Source: an uncultured Treponema sp.
GTDB taxonomy: Bacteria > Spirochaetota > Spirochaetia > Treponematales > Treponemataceae
Assembly (NCBI GenBank): GCA_946185185.1
Contig: CAMHIV010000001.1
Span: 1-56,264, forward strand
Reading direction: 5' to 3'
Length of the DNA stretch: 56,264 nt
The translations under genes and the position numbers were made by a program. Under the pieces are notes generated by a model. That model saw nothing but the letters and a program-made list of their open reading frames with translations, was not told the DNA's origin and did not search any database. The first letter of the stretch is position 1; each line of letters starts with the position of its first letter. Positions 47,187-55,158 of the stretch are shown here, one piece after another.

Positions 47187-48437
47187 TTGAAGCTCAATTT
47201 TCTTGATAAAATTCAAAAAGGTCTCATAGAATTCCGTCACACTCGGGTAATTTCCATTGTTACGGTAATTTTTGCACTTTTGTATCACCTGACCTTCCTT
47301 TTTGTTTTTTACAAGCTGGGCGTAAAACCCATGTTCTTCTATAATTTTTTTAGTGTTACTCTTTTTGCCTGCCTTTCTATTGTTGTACCAAAAGCAAAGT
47401 CTTTTATAGTTCCCTATCTTTTGGCTTTTATAGAAGTTGTGCTTCATCAGATTCTTGCAGATTACTATTTGGGAGGAGAATCCAGTTTTCACTTCTTTAT
47501 CTTGCTTGTTGGCCTGATTCCCATTGTAACGTTTGAAAAAAGTTACCGGCTTTCCGTTATATGCCAGATTTTGGGTTCAACAGGATTTATTATCATGGAA
47601 TGTCTGGATACCCGCCTTATTCCAAAATATGAGATTCCCAAAAATGTCCTTATGGTAATCAAGTCTGTAAATATTTCGCTTACCATGCTGGTCATTTTGT
47701 GCATTCTGTTTATTTTTTCATTTTTCCTTCAGTTGATTCAGGAAGCTCTTGGTTCAAAGCTGGTTGAAAAAACAATTGTCGCCGAGCAGGAAACTGAAAA
47801 GCGACTTAACTTGCAGAATCATATTATTAATAGTCTTTCGAGTCTGGTTGAAAATCGTGATACAGATACTGGGGAACACATTCAGCGGACAAGTGCGTAT
47901 GTAGAAATTATTGCCCGTAAGGCTTATAAATGCGGGGTTTATCCGGATGTGATAAATAAAGAATTTATAGACATAATGAAACGTGCTGCACCAATGCATG
48001 ATATCGGAAAAATAGTTGTTCCTGACAGTGTGCTAAAAAAGCCAGGAAAGCTTACGCCAGAAGAATTTGAACAGATGAGGCAGCATACAATTCAAGGTGG
48101 AAGAATTATCAACGAAATAATTGGTGTTTCAGAAGATAAAGAATATATAACTATGGCTTCTGAGGTGGCAACATATCATCATGAACGCTGGGATGGAATG
48201 GGATATCCGTATAGGCTGCGGGGTACAGAAATTCCTGTGAGCGCAAGAATTATGGCAATTGCAGATGTTTTTGATGCTCTCGTTTCGCCTAGATGTTATA
48301 AAGAACCATTACCTCAAGAAACGGCATTTAAAATTATTCTAGAGGAAGCAGGAAGTCATTTTGATCCGATTCTTACACATTTATTCATAGAAGCCAAAGA
48401 GGAAGCGGAAAAAGTGCTTCACATTTATACAAAATAG
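47187..48437 (+). CDS. Membrane-bound HD-GYP cyclic-dinucleotide phosphodiesterase
   Basis: About 6 TM segments, TGEHIQR, MHDIGK, HHERWDGMGYP, ADVFDAL; TTG start uncertain. Confidence 0.9.
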   Translation: MKLNFLDKIQKGLIEFRHTRVISIVTVIFALLYHLTFLFVFYKLGVKPMFFYNFFSVTLFACLSIVVPKAKSFIVPYLLAFIEVVLHQILADYYLGGESSFHFFILLVGLIPIVTFEKSYRLSVICQILGSTGFIIMECLDTRLIPKYEIPKNVLMVIKSVNISLTMLVILCILFIFSFFLQLIQEALGSKLVEKTIVAEQETEKRLNLQNHIINSLSSLVENRDTDTGEHIQRTSAYVEIIARKAYKCGVYPDVINKEFIDIMKRAAPMHDIGKIVVPDSVLKKPGKLTPEEFEQMRQHTIQGGRIINEIIGVSEDKEYITMASEVATYHHERWDGMGYPYRLRGTEIPVSARIMAIADVFDALVSPRCYKEPLPQETAFKIILEEAGSHFDPILTHLFIEAKEEAEKVLHIYTK

Positions 48438-48459
48438 ATTTTTTTCAGTACAATCTCAG

Positions 48460-49212
48460 GTGATGGAAAATATTCAAATCAACGAAAATGAAGTTTTAGA
48501 AACGCTTAAGCAGAATGGATTTAAAATTATTCAGGATAAAAAACGTTTTTGCTTTGGAATAGATGCAATTCTCCTGGCAAATTATGCGGAAATCAGAAAT
48601 AACGATAATGTGTATGATTTAGGAACTGGGAATGGAATAATTCCACTTTTGCTTGCAAAGTCGGCTCGCTTGAATTCCATTACTGGTCTTGAAATACAAA
48701 CTGAATGCGCTCAAATGGCAGTACGCAGTGTTAAAATTAATTCTCTTGAAAATAAAATAAAAATCGTTAATGGCGATATTAAGAATGTTTCAAAACTGTT
48801 TCCCAAAGCAAAAGCAGATGCAGTTGTTTCTAATCCACCGTATATGATTAATCAGCATGGAAAACAGAATCCTGGGGATAGCAAGGCGATTGCGCGTCAC
48901 GAAGTTTTATGCAGTCTGGACGATGTTGTTTCCGCTGCAGAATATTTGCTTAAGCCTCAGGGGCGATTTTTTATGATTCATCGACCGTTTCGGCTTGCAG
49001 AAATAATTGTGACTCTTTCAAAACATAATCTGGAAACAAAAAGAATCCGCCTGGTGCATCCGTTTGCGGATAAGGAACCAAATATGGTCTTGATCGAAGC
49101 CCGTAAATTTGCAAATTCCCGGGTGACCATAGAAAAACCTCTGGTTGTTTATGACACGCCGGGAAATTACACAGTTGAAGTTCAGAAGATACTGGAACAG
49201 CCTATCTGCTGA
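48460..49212 (+). CDS. tRNA1(Val) A37 N6-methyltransferase family
   Basis: FCFGIDAILLA, DLGTGNG, SNPPY, IARHE. Confidence 0.88.
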   Translation: MMENIQINENEVLETLKQNGFKIIQDKKRFCFGIDAILLANYAEIRNNDNVYDLGTGNGIIPLLLAKSARLNSITGLEIQTECAQMAVRSVKINSLENKIKIVNGDIKNVSKLFPKAKADAVVSNPPYMINQHGKQNPGDSKAIARHEVLCSLDDVVSAAEYLLKPQGRFFMIHRPFRLAEIIVTLSKHNLETKRIRLVHPFADKEPNMVLIEARKFANSRVTIEKPLVVYDTPGNYTVEVQKILEQPIC

Positions 49213-50938
49213 GTTTTCTGTACTGAACGCGTTTTGGAACAGAAGCGTCTTCGCCAAACTGTTCTTTCTTCCATTCTGCGTATTCAGACCAGTTTCCTTC
49301 AAAGAAACGAACTTCTGAATTGTTTTCGAATGCAAGAATGTGGGTACAGATGCGGTCCAGGAACCAGCGGTCGTGGCTTACAACCATTGCACAGCCGGCA
49401 AAGTCTTCAAGAGCTTCTTCAAGGGCGCGGACTGTCTGAACGTCAAGGTCGTTGGTAGGTTCGTCGAAAAGGAGAACGTTTCCGGCTTCCTTAAGCATCA
49501 TACCAAGGTTAAGGCGGTTCTTTTCACCACCGGAAAGAACGCTTACCTTTTTGTTCTGATCGGCACCGCCAAAGTTGAACCATCCGCAGTATGCGTGGGC
49601 ATTTACTTCGCGGACACCGCCTTCAAGAGGACGACCCTTTTCGTCAACGGCACCAAGCTTAATCATATCTGCACCGCCGCCCAAAGTTTCGTAAACGGTT
49701 TTATTTTCATCAAGACCGGTACGCATCTGGTCTACATAAACAAGTTTTACAGTTGAACCGATTTTAATTGTTCCGGCATCAGGCTTTTCTCCGCCTTCAA
49801 GACCAGCTGCATCTACGATGAGTTTGAACAATGTAGTTTTACCGGCTCCGTTAGGACCTACGATACCAACGATGGCACCAGCTGGAATGTGAAGGTCAAG
49901 TTTTTCAAACAAAAGCTTATCGCCAAAGGATTTAGAAACGCCTTCAAAGTCGATAACCTGGTTACCAAGTCGAGGACCGGCAGGAATAGAAATCTGCGTA
50001 TCCTTAAGCTGCTGTTTTGCACCCTGGCTCATAAGTTCGTTGTAGCGGGTAATGTGTTCCTTGTGTTTTGCCTGACGGCCCTTTGCACCCATGTGAATCC
50101 ATTCCAATTCCCGCTGGATTTCTTTCTGGCGGTTAGATTCAGACTTGTTTTCAAGGCGCATTCGTTCTGCCTTCTGTTCAAGCCAGCTGGAATAGTTACC
50201 CTTAAACGGATAGCCTTCGCCGCGGTCAAGTTCCAGAATCCAGCCGGCAACTTCATCAAGGAAGTAACGGTCATGAGTTACGGCAATTACTGTTCCCGGA
50301 TAGTCGTGAAGGTGCTTTTCAAGCCATGCAACGGTTTCTGCATCAAGGTGGTTAGTAGGTTCGTCAAGGAGAAGAATGTCCGGTTTCTGGAGAAGAAGGC
50401 GGCACAAAGCAACACGGCGGCGTTCACCTCCGGAAAGTACGTCTACAACCTGATCTGCAGGTGGACAGCGGAGAGCGTCCATAGCAAGTTCAAGATTGTT
50501 ATCAAGATTCCATGCATCTAAGGCGTCCAATTTCTCCTGAACCTCTCCCTGACGAGCACAAAGCTTATCGATATCTGCATCCGGGTCACCGAATGCTTCG
50601 TTGATTTTATCAAATTCTTCAAGAAGGTCTGTGATTTCTTTTACACCTTCTTTTACTGTTTCCATTACAGTTTTGCCAGGAGTAAGTTCCGGTTCCTGTT
50701 CAAGGTAGCCGATTGTGTATCCTGGAGCCAGGGTTGTTTCGCCGGCAAAGTCTTTGTCTTTTCCTGCAAGAATCTTAAAAAGTGAAGATTTTCCGGAACC
50801 GTTAGGTCCGATTACGCCGATTTTAGCGCCATAATAGTAAGAAATGCTTACGTCTTTTAATACAACTTTAGTTCCATATGCGCGGGTTACGCGATCCATA
50901 GTGTAGATGATTTTTTTGTCGTCGAATGTCTTTGCCAT
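49202..50938 (-). CDS. ettA: ABC-F translation factor EttA
   Basis: IYTMDRV, GAKIGVIGPNGSGKS, AMDALRCPP, LSGGERRRVALC, GNYSSWLEQK, GPRLGNQVI. Confidence 0.95.
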   Translation of the reverse strand: MAKTFDDKKIIYTMDRVTRAYGTKVVLKDVSISYYYGAKIGVIGPNGSGKSSLFKILAGKDKDFAGETTLAPGYTIGYLEQEPELTPGKTVMETVKEGVKEITDLLEEFDKINEAFGDPDADIDKLCARQGEVQEKLDALDAWNLDNNLELAMDALRCPPADQVVDVLSGGERRRVALCRLLLQKPDILLLDEPTNHLDAETVAWLEKHLHDYPGTVIAVTHDRYFLDEVAGWILELDRGEGYPFKGNYSSWLEQKAERMRLENKSESNRQKEIQRELEWIHMGAKGRQAKHKEHITRYNELMSQGAKQQLKDTQISIPAGPRLGNQVIDFEGVSKSFGDKLLFEKLDLHIPAGAIVGIVGPNGAGKTTLFKLIVDAAGLEGGEKPDAGTIKIGSTVKLVYVDQMRTGLDENKTVYETLGGGADMIKLGAVDEKGRPLEGGVREVNAHAYCGWFNFGGADQNKKVSVLSGGEKNRLNLGMMLKEAGNVLLFDEPTNDLDVQTVRALEEALEDFAGCAMVVSHDRWFLDRICTHILAFENNSEVRFFEGNWSEYAEWKKEQFGEDASVPKRVQYRKLSR

Positions 50939-51004
50939 GAAAAATCCTTTAGTATGAGTATAGATGCGCTCGATAAATCTCGCGAGCCGGTTTCTTCGAT
51001 GAAG

Positions 51005-51034
51005 TTAAGGCATATCATCGATTGGTTCAGCCAT
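51005..51034 (-). CDS. Putative leader peptide (uORF) MAEPIDDMP upstream of ettA
   Basis: ATG GCT GAA CCA ATC GAT GAT ATG CCT TAA; TAGAAA-17-TATTAT ends 5 nt before the ATG. Confidence 0.5.
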   Translation of the reverse strand: MAEPIDDMP

Positions 51035-51178
51035 GATTAATAATAATTTAAAAAGCAGATGTTTTCTATAGGTGGATTTTTGGATTTGTTTTAGGGAAAT
51101 TTCCGCAATTTAAAATAATGGTCGCAATTGTGAAAAATCTGCCAAAAAAAATGATGTATTGTTTCATAACTAAGACAT

Positions 51179-51514
51179 ATGCTGTTTTGGAAAAGAGTTG
51201 ATGCCTTATTAAAACTAAGAAAAATTAGCAGAAAAGAATTAGCATTAGCCTGTGATTTTGATGTTTCAAACATAGGCAAGGGAATTGTAAACGAAAATGA
51301 ACCAAAGGTTTCAACAGCATTCAAAATAGCCCGCTTTTTGGGTGTGCCATTGAAAGAACTGATTTGCGAAAAAGAGAATGCAGAAAACTTTGATTATTCA
51401 GTGTTTCAAAAATACGCAGATACGATTCGTTGTTTAGAAATGTTACCACCAGATGTGCGCGAACCAATTCTAGAAATGATAAAATCACAGTCAAGGGTAA
51501 AAGAATCTGAATGA
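51179..51514 (+). CDS. XRE family HTH regulator
   Basis: ISRKELALAC....I....N.NEPKVSTAFKIARFLGVPLKEL. Confidence 0.85.
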   Translation: MLFWKRVDALLKLRKISRKELALACDFDVSNIGKGIVNENEPKVSTAFKIARFLGVPLKELICEKENAENFDYSVFQKYADTIRCLEMLPPDVREPILEMIKSQSRVKESE

Positions 51515-51672
51515 TGAGTTTATAATTATCCAGACTCGAAATTAAGATTAGATGCTATTTTGCAGTTGCGATTTTATTATTTTCTGTTATTGCGCTTGCG
51601 ATTCTTGAATAAAATTATTGCATATGCGACAAATCTTAAGTAAAAATCGCAATAGTGATTCATTCTTTTTGC

Positions 51673-52047
51673 ATGAAAAATAATGAATGTGATTTCTGGC
51701 AGCGTATTGACGATGAGTTGGAATACCGCGGAATTGACAGGAAAGTTTTTGCTCGCGACATAGGAATCAGCGTGAATACAATTGCTTCCGGGATAAGCAG
51801 ACGCAGTAAACCCGATGTAGAAATTGCTCTGAAAAGTTCAAAGTATTTAAAAGTTTCACTGGATTATCTTCTTCATGGTTCAAAAGAACAGGATGAGTCA
51901 CTTGAAGAACCAAAGGAATACCGGATAATGCATAGCCGGGAATTTATTTCTGTTTACCGCCAGTTGGAAATCATTCCGGAAATGACGCGGGAACCGATCA
52001 TAAAAATGATAGGAGAAATTAGCAGTAAGTATGAAAAATCAAAATGA
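51673..52047 (+). CDS. XRE family HTH regulator (paralogue)
   Basis: FWQRID, IDRKVFARDIGISVNTI, PDVEIALK..KYLKVSLDYL; shares C-terminal REPI..MI with the neighbour; start uncertain. Confidence 0.85.
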   Translation: MKNNECDFWQRIDDELEYRGIDRKVFARDIGISVNTIASGISRRSKPDVEIALKSSKYLKVSLDYLLHGSKEQDESLEEPKEYRIMHSREFISVYRQLEIIPEMTREPIIKMIGEISSKYEKSK

Positions 52048-52088
52048 TTTTTCTTGACATATTTTATTACTGTAAATAAACTAGAACT

Positions 52089-52535
52089 ATGGATTTGAGA
52101 ACTGTATTAACAACTGATACTGTAAACCTTCACTTGAAGGGAACAACAAAAGAAGAAATTATTGATGAGATGCTTGATATCCTCGTAAAAGCTGGAAAGG
52201 TTTCTGATAAAGCTGGAGCTCGCGAATGTGTGCTTGACCGTGAACGCAAAATGTCTACTGGTATGAAGCATGGAATCGCTATTCCGCACGGAAAGACTGA
52301 TTCTGTAAGCGACTTGGTAGCCTGCATTGGTATTTCTGATAATCCGGTTGATTTTGATTCGTTGGATCAGGAACCTTGCCGAATTTTCATTATGACTTTG
52401 TCTCCAGTAAACAAGACAGGTCCACACCTTCAGTTCCTTGCTGAAGTAAGCTTGCTCTTCAAGAGTGCAGACAAGCGTCAGCAGATTTTGAGTACTCAGG
52501 ACAAAGCTGAAGTAATCAAGATTCTTACTGAATAG
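52089..52535 (+). CDS. PTS EIIA component (Fru/Ntr type)
   Basis: RERKMSTGMKHGIAIPHGK, FDSLDQEP, HLQFLA. Confidence 0.92.
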   Translation: MDLRTVLTTDTVNLHLKGTTKEEIIDEMLDILVKAGKVSDKAGARECVLDRERKMSTGMKHGIAIPHGKTDSVSDLVACIGISDNPVDFDSLDQEPCRIFIMTLSPVNKTGPHLQFLAEVSLLFKSADKRQQILSTQDKAEVIKILTE

Positions 52536-52558
52536 AATTATTTATAAGATGAACGACC

Positions 52559-52590
52559 AAAAGACCTTTGTTTATCAAAGGTCTTTTTTT
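52559..52590 (+). terminator. Intrinsic terminator
   Basis: AAAAGACCTTTG / CAAAGGTCTTTTTTT. Confidence 0.8.
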
Positions 52591-52612
52591 GTATACGAAA
52601 AAAGGATGAATT

Positions 52613-53176
52613 ATGAAATTTGAACCATTATTTAAATCAGAAAATAATAAACTTGTGAATATTGAAAGCGGCGATATTTATTCAACAGGAAATTTGCACT
52701 GGGTTTACGGAGAAAACATTTCTGCTGCCTGTTTGCCGGATTCAAAGAAAAAGGTTGTTGCCGTTCTGATTAAATGGTCTGCAGTGGAGCTTGAGCCGGG
52801 TGCTTACAACGAAGAATTTCTTGCCACTTTGCGTGATTATCTAAAAACGCTTGAAAATAATGGTTTCTACGCATTTGTTGTTCCGGAAACAGTTCGTCCT
52901 TTGCCAGATGCAGATGCTGTTCAGTCTTATATTGATGCTATGGTTCATTGTGCGCGCCGAATTAAAGATTGTGTAAGTGTTGTTGGTTTTGCAATTCCTG
53001 CAGAATTACTGAAAAAAGATTCTGATTTGGGCGTGAATAGTTATGCTCAGTGGTTTATGAACGAAATGAATGTAAAGCATGCTCATTATGTTTACTTTGC
53101 AGATAAAGCTGTAATCGCGGAAAAAGCTCTTGAAGAAGCATTAAAAGAGTCTGTTTTGATAGAATATGCGAAATAA
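52613..53176 (+). CDS. Hypothetical protein resembling a truncated clan-A glycoside hydrolase barrel
   Basis: IKWSAVELEPGAYNEEFLATLRDYLK, VVGF; no NEP motif. Confidence 0.5.
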   Translation: MKFEPLFKSENNKLVNIESGDIYSTGNLHWVYGENISAACLPDSKKKVVAVLIKWSAVELEPGAYNEEFLATLRDYLKTLENNGFYAFVVPETVRPLPDADAVQSYIDAMVHCARRIKDCVSVVGFAIPAELLKKDSDLGVNSYAQWFMNEMNVKHAHYVYFADKAVIAEKALEEALKESVLIEYAK

Positions 53177-53317
53177 CGTATTATTTGCGAAATATTCAAA
53201 ATAATTCAAAAAAATACAAAAAATTCTTAAAAAATATCGAATTTTCTCTTGATTCAATTGTTTTCTTGTGGCATAGTAATGCGCGTAAGGGTGAGAACGA
53301 AACGTTAGGAGTTAAAA

Positions 53318-54103
53318 ATGAACGAAACGGAAAATGTTTTCCGTAAATCATGTCGTAACTCGCTTGTATTTTGTACTCTGATTCTTGTAGTTACGCTTAT
53401 TGTCGGTAATCTGTTGCCAGCAAAAGAAGATGTAAATTCTGTGCCTGTTGTAAAAGCTACAACTGAAACAGAAAGTGAAGTAATTGCTGATTTTAATATT
53501 CTTATCGAAGAAGCAGGTTTTTCATCGACAAAGGCTACAAATGGGGATTCTGGTCTTGCTCTTTACAGACAGCCTACTTCAAGAACTGCTGTTGAATGGT
53601 TTTATCTTCATGTAACTGGAAATCGCGAAACAGCAATGGCAATTTTGGAAGAAGCTGAAAAAAATGATATCCCTTTGTCATTAGCTTTTGCGTTGGCTTA
53701 TACAGAAAGTCGATACGATGCAAACGCTGTGAATAAAAATAGAAATGCTTCGATTGACCGCGGACTTTTTCAGCTTAATAACCGATCTTTTCCGCAGTTG
53801 AAAGAATCAGATTTCTTTAATCCTGCAATTAGTGCTAAATACGGAATGAGCCACTTGCGATTCTGTATGAATGTTGCAGGAAATGAAGTTGCGGCTTTGG
53901 CTATGTACAATGCCGGAACAAATAAAGTGCGCGCAGATAATACGCCGCAGTCAACATTGAACTATGTTGGAAAAATCAAAGCTTACCAGGAAAAACTGGA
54001 TCGGCTTTTTTCCGAAGAAGTTCTTTCGTACTACGACAATTCTGTTCGCCCGTCAAACGGAATCTCCGTTGCTTTCTTAGGCAACCGACGTTTCGAACGT
54101 TAA
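53318..54103 (+). CDS. SLT-domain lytic transglycosylase
   Basis: TES, DRGLFQLN, AMYNAG; N-terminal TM anchor. Confidence 0.9.
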   Translation: MNETENVFRKSCRNSLVFCTLILVVTLIVGNLLPAKEDVNSVPVVKATTETESEVIADFNILIEEAGFSSTKATNGDSGLALYRQPTSRTAVEWFYLHVTGNRETAMAILEEAEKNDIPLSLAFALAYTESRYDANAVNKNRNASIDRGLFQLNNRSFPQLKESDFFNPAISAKYGMSHLRFCMNVAGNEVAALAMYNAGTNKVRADNTPQSTLNYVGKIKAYQEKLDRLFSEEVLSYYDNSVRPSNGISVAFLGNRRFER

Positions 54104-54122
54104 TTTAGTCCTCCTTATTTTT

Positions 54123-54167
54123 AGGCCCGACCGTTTTCCCATTCTTTTACCGGTCGGGCTTTTTTTT
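54123..54167 (+). terminator. Intrinsic terminator
   Basis: GGCCCGACCG...CGGTCGGGCT followed by a T run. Confidence 0.8.
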
Positions 54168-54187
54168 GTTTTAAGCATGTTTATAAA

Positions 54188-54266
54188 CTGTGAGAAAACT
54201 CACAAAAAACTAGAATTTCCCTTAAATTTGCATTAAATTCGTGTTTTGTGGAACAAATTTGTTCCA
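54188..54266. promoter_or_regulatory. Two palindromes upstream of rex (candidate operators)
   Basis: CTGTGAGAAAACTCACAA (54188-54205) resembles the Rex box TTGTGAA-N4-TTCACAA; perfect palindrome TGGAACAAATTTGTTCCA at 54249-54266. Confidence 0.55.
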
Positions 54267-54300
54267 TATAAAATTGTTACGGATGGCGGGAATTTTTATA

Positions 54301-54927
54301 ATGTCTTCATTACCTGAACAAACAAGAAAGAGGCTTTTGCTGCTTCGGGATTTTCTTGAAACTTTTGAAAAGGCAAAGATTACTTCTAAGGAAATCAGTG
54401 AACTTCTGGGGTGCAAGGATACCCTGGTTCGATGGGATTTTCGTTTTTTGAATCTGGAACGGGGCGTAAAAAACGGCTACGAGGTTCAAAAGCTTCTGGA
54501 GAGTATTAAAAATGCTCTTCTGGTTCAGAGTGATGGGCAGTATAAAAAAATCTGCATTGTGGGGCTGGGACGTCTTGGGGCGGCTTTGCTTGATGATGAG
54601 ATTTTTGAAAAAAGCGGCTTTAAGGTCTGCGCCGGTTTTGATTCAAGTTTGAACCGGGTTGAACTTTTGAGGTCCACTTTTGAACTGTATCCTGCCAGCA
54701 GAATTGAAACTGTTCTGCCCCAGGAAAAAATAGAATACGCTCTTCTGTGTTGTCCCGAAAGGGAGGCGGAAAAAATGGTTGGCCGCCTGGTAAATGCAGG
54801 AGTTAAGGGGATTGTAAATTACACCCGGGCTGTTCTAAAAGTTCCGCCTTCTGTAAAGGTGGAAAATGTTTCGCCGGTTCTGGCGTTACAGATGTGTGTG
54901 AGCCCGCTGGCGGGCTCTGATAAATAG
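54301..54927 (+). CDS. rex: Redox-sensing repressor Rex family
   Basis: ITSKEISELLG...VRWDF, NGYEV, IVGLGRLGAAL, LVNAGVKGIVNY. Confidence 0.8.
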   Translation: MSSLPEQTRKRLLLLRDFLETFEKAKITSKEISELLGCKDTLVRWDFRFLNLERGVKNGYEVQKLLESIKNALLVQSDGQYKKICIVGLGRLGAALLDDEIFEKSGFKVCAGFDSSLNRVELLRSTFELYPASRIETVLPQEKIEYALLCCPEREAEKMVGRLVNAGVKGIVNYTRAVLKVPPSVKVENVSPVLALQMCVSPLAGSDK

Positions 54928-55119
54928 CAGACCGTGAAGAAAATTGCGAAAGCAATTTTTAGGTCTACTTACCTGAAACGAGTTAGCGATGTGAAGGGGC
55001 GGTAGTCGACCGCAGGGAACGGTAGTTGAGCAGGCGAAGCCGTGTCGAAACTGTCGTGAACGAGGACGATGAGCGGATAGCGAACCCCGTAACGTAGCGC
55101 CCGCCGAAGGCGGGAACTC
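54928..55119. repeat. GC-rich multi-hairpin element (MITE-like repeat or structured RNA) containing a REP-like unit
   Basis: AAAATTGC-GAAA-GCAATTTT, GCGGT/ACCGC, CCCGCC-GAA-GGCGGG, outer GAGTT/AACTC; REP variant at 55020-55052. Confidence 0.65.
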
Positions 55120-55158
55120 TGAAAATAAGAGAGAAAAAAATAATTTAAGGGGTTATAA

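Noticed and set aside
49340-50521. Long + strand ORFs opposite ettA (also those opposite pheT, the RND gene, 31195-31791 and 33173-33745)
   Set aside because: Antisense shadows of strongly supported genes, with no motifs or RBS
51179-52047. Prophage or ICE immunity region
   Set aside because: No integrase, att site or phage genes; flanked by housekeeping genes
54928-55158. T-box or glycine riboswitch upstream of serC
   Set aside because: No T-box GGTGG.ACC.CG antiterminator or terminator; GCCGAAG is present but the GGAGA and CTCAGG glycine-aptamer elements are not in place
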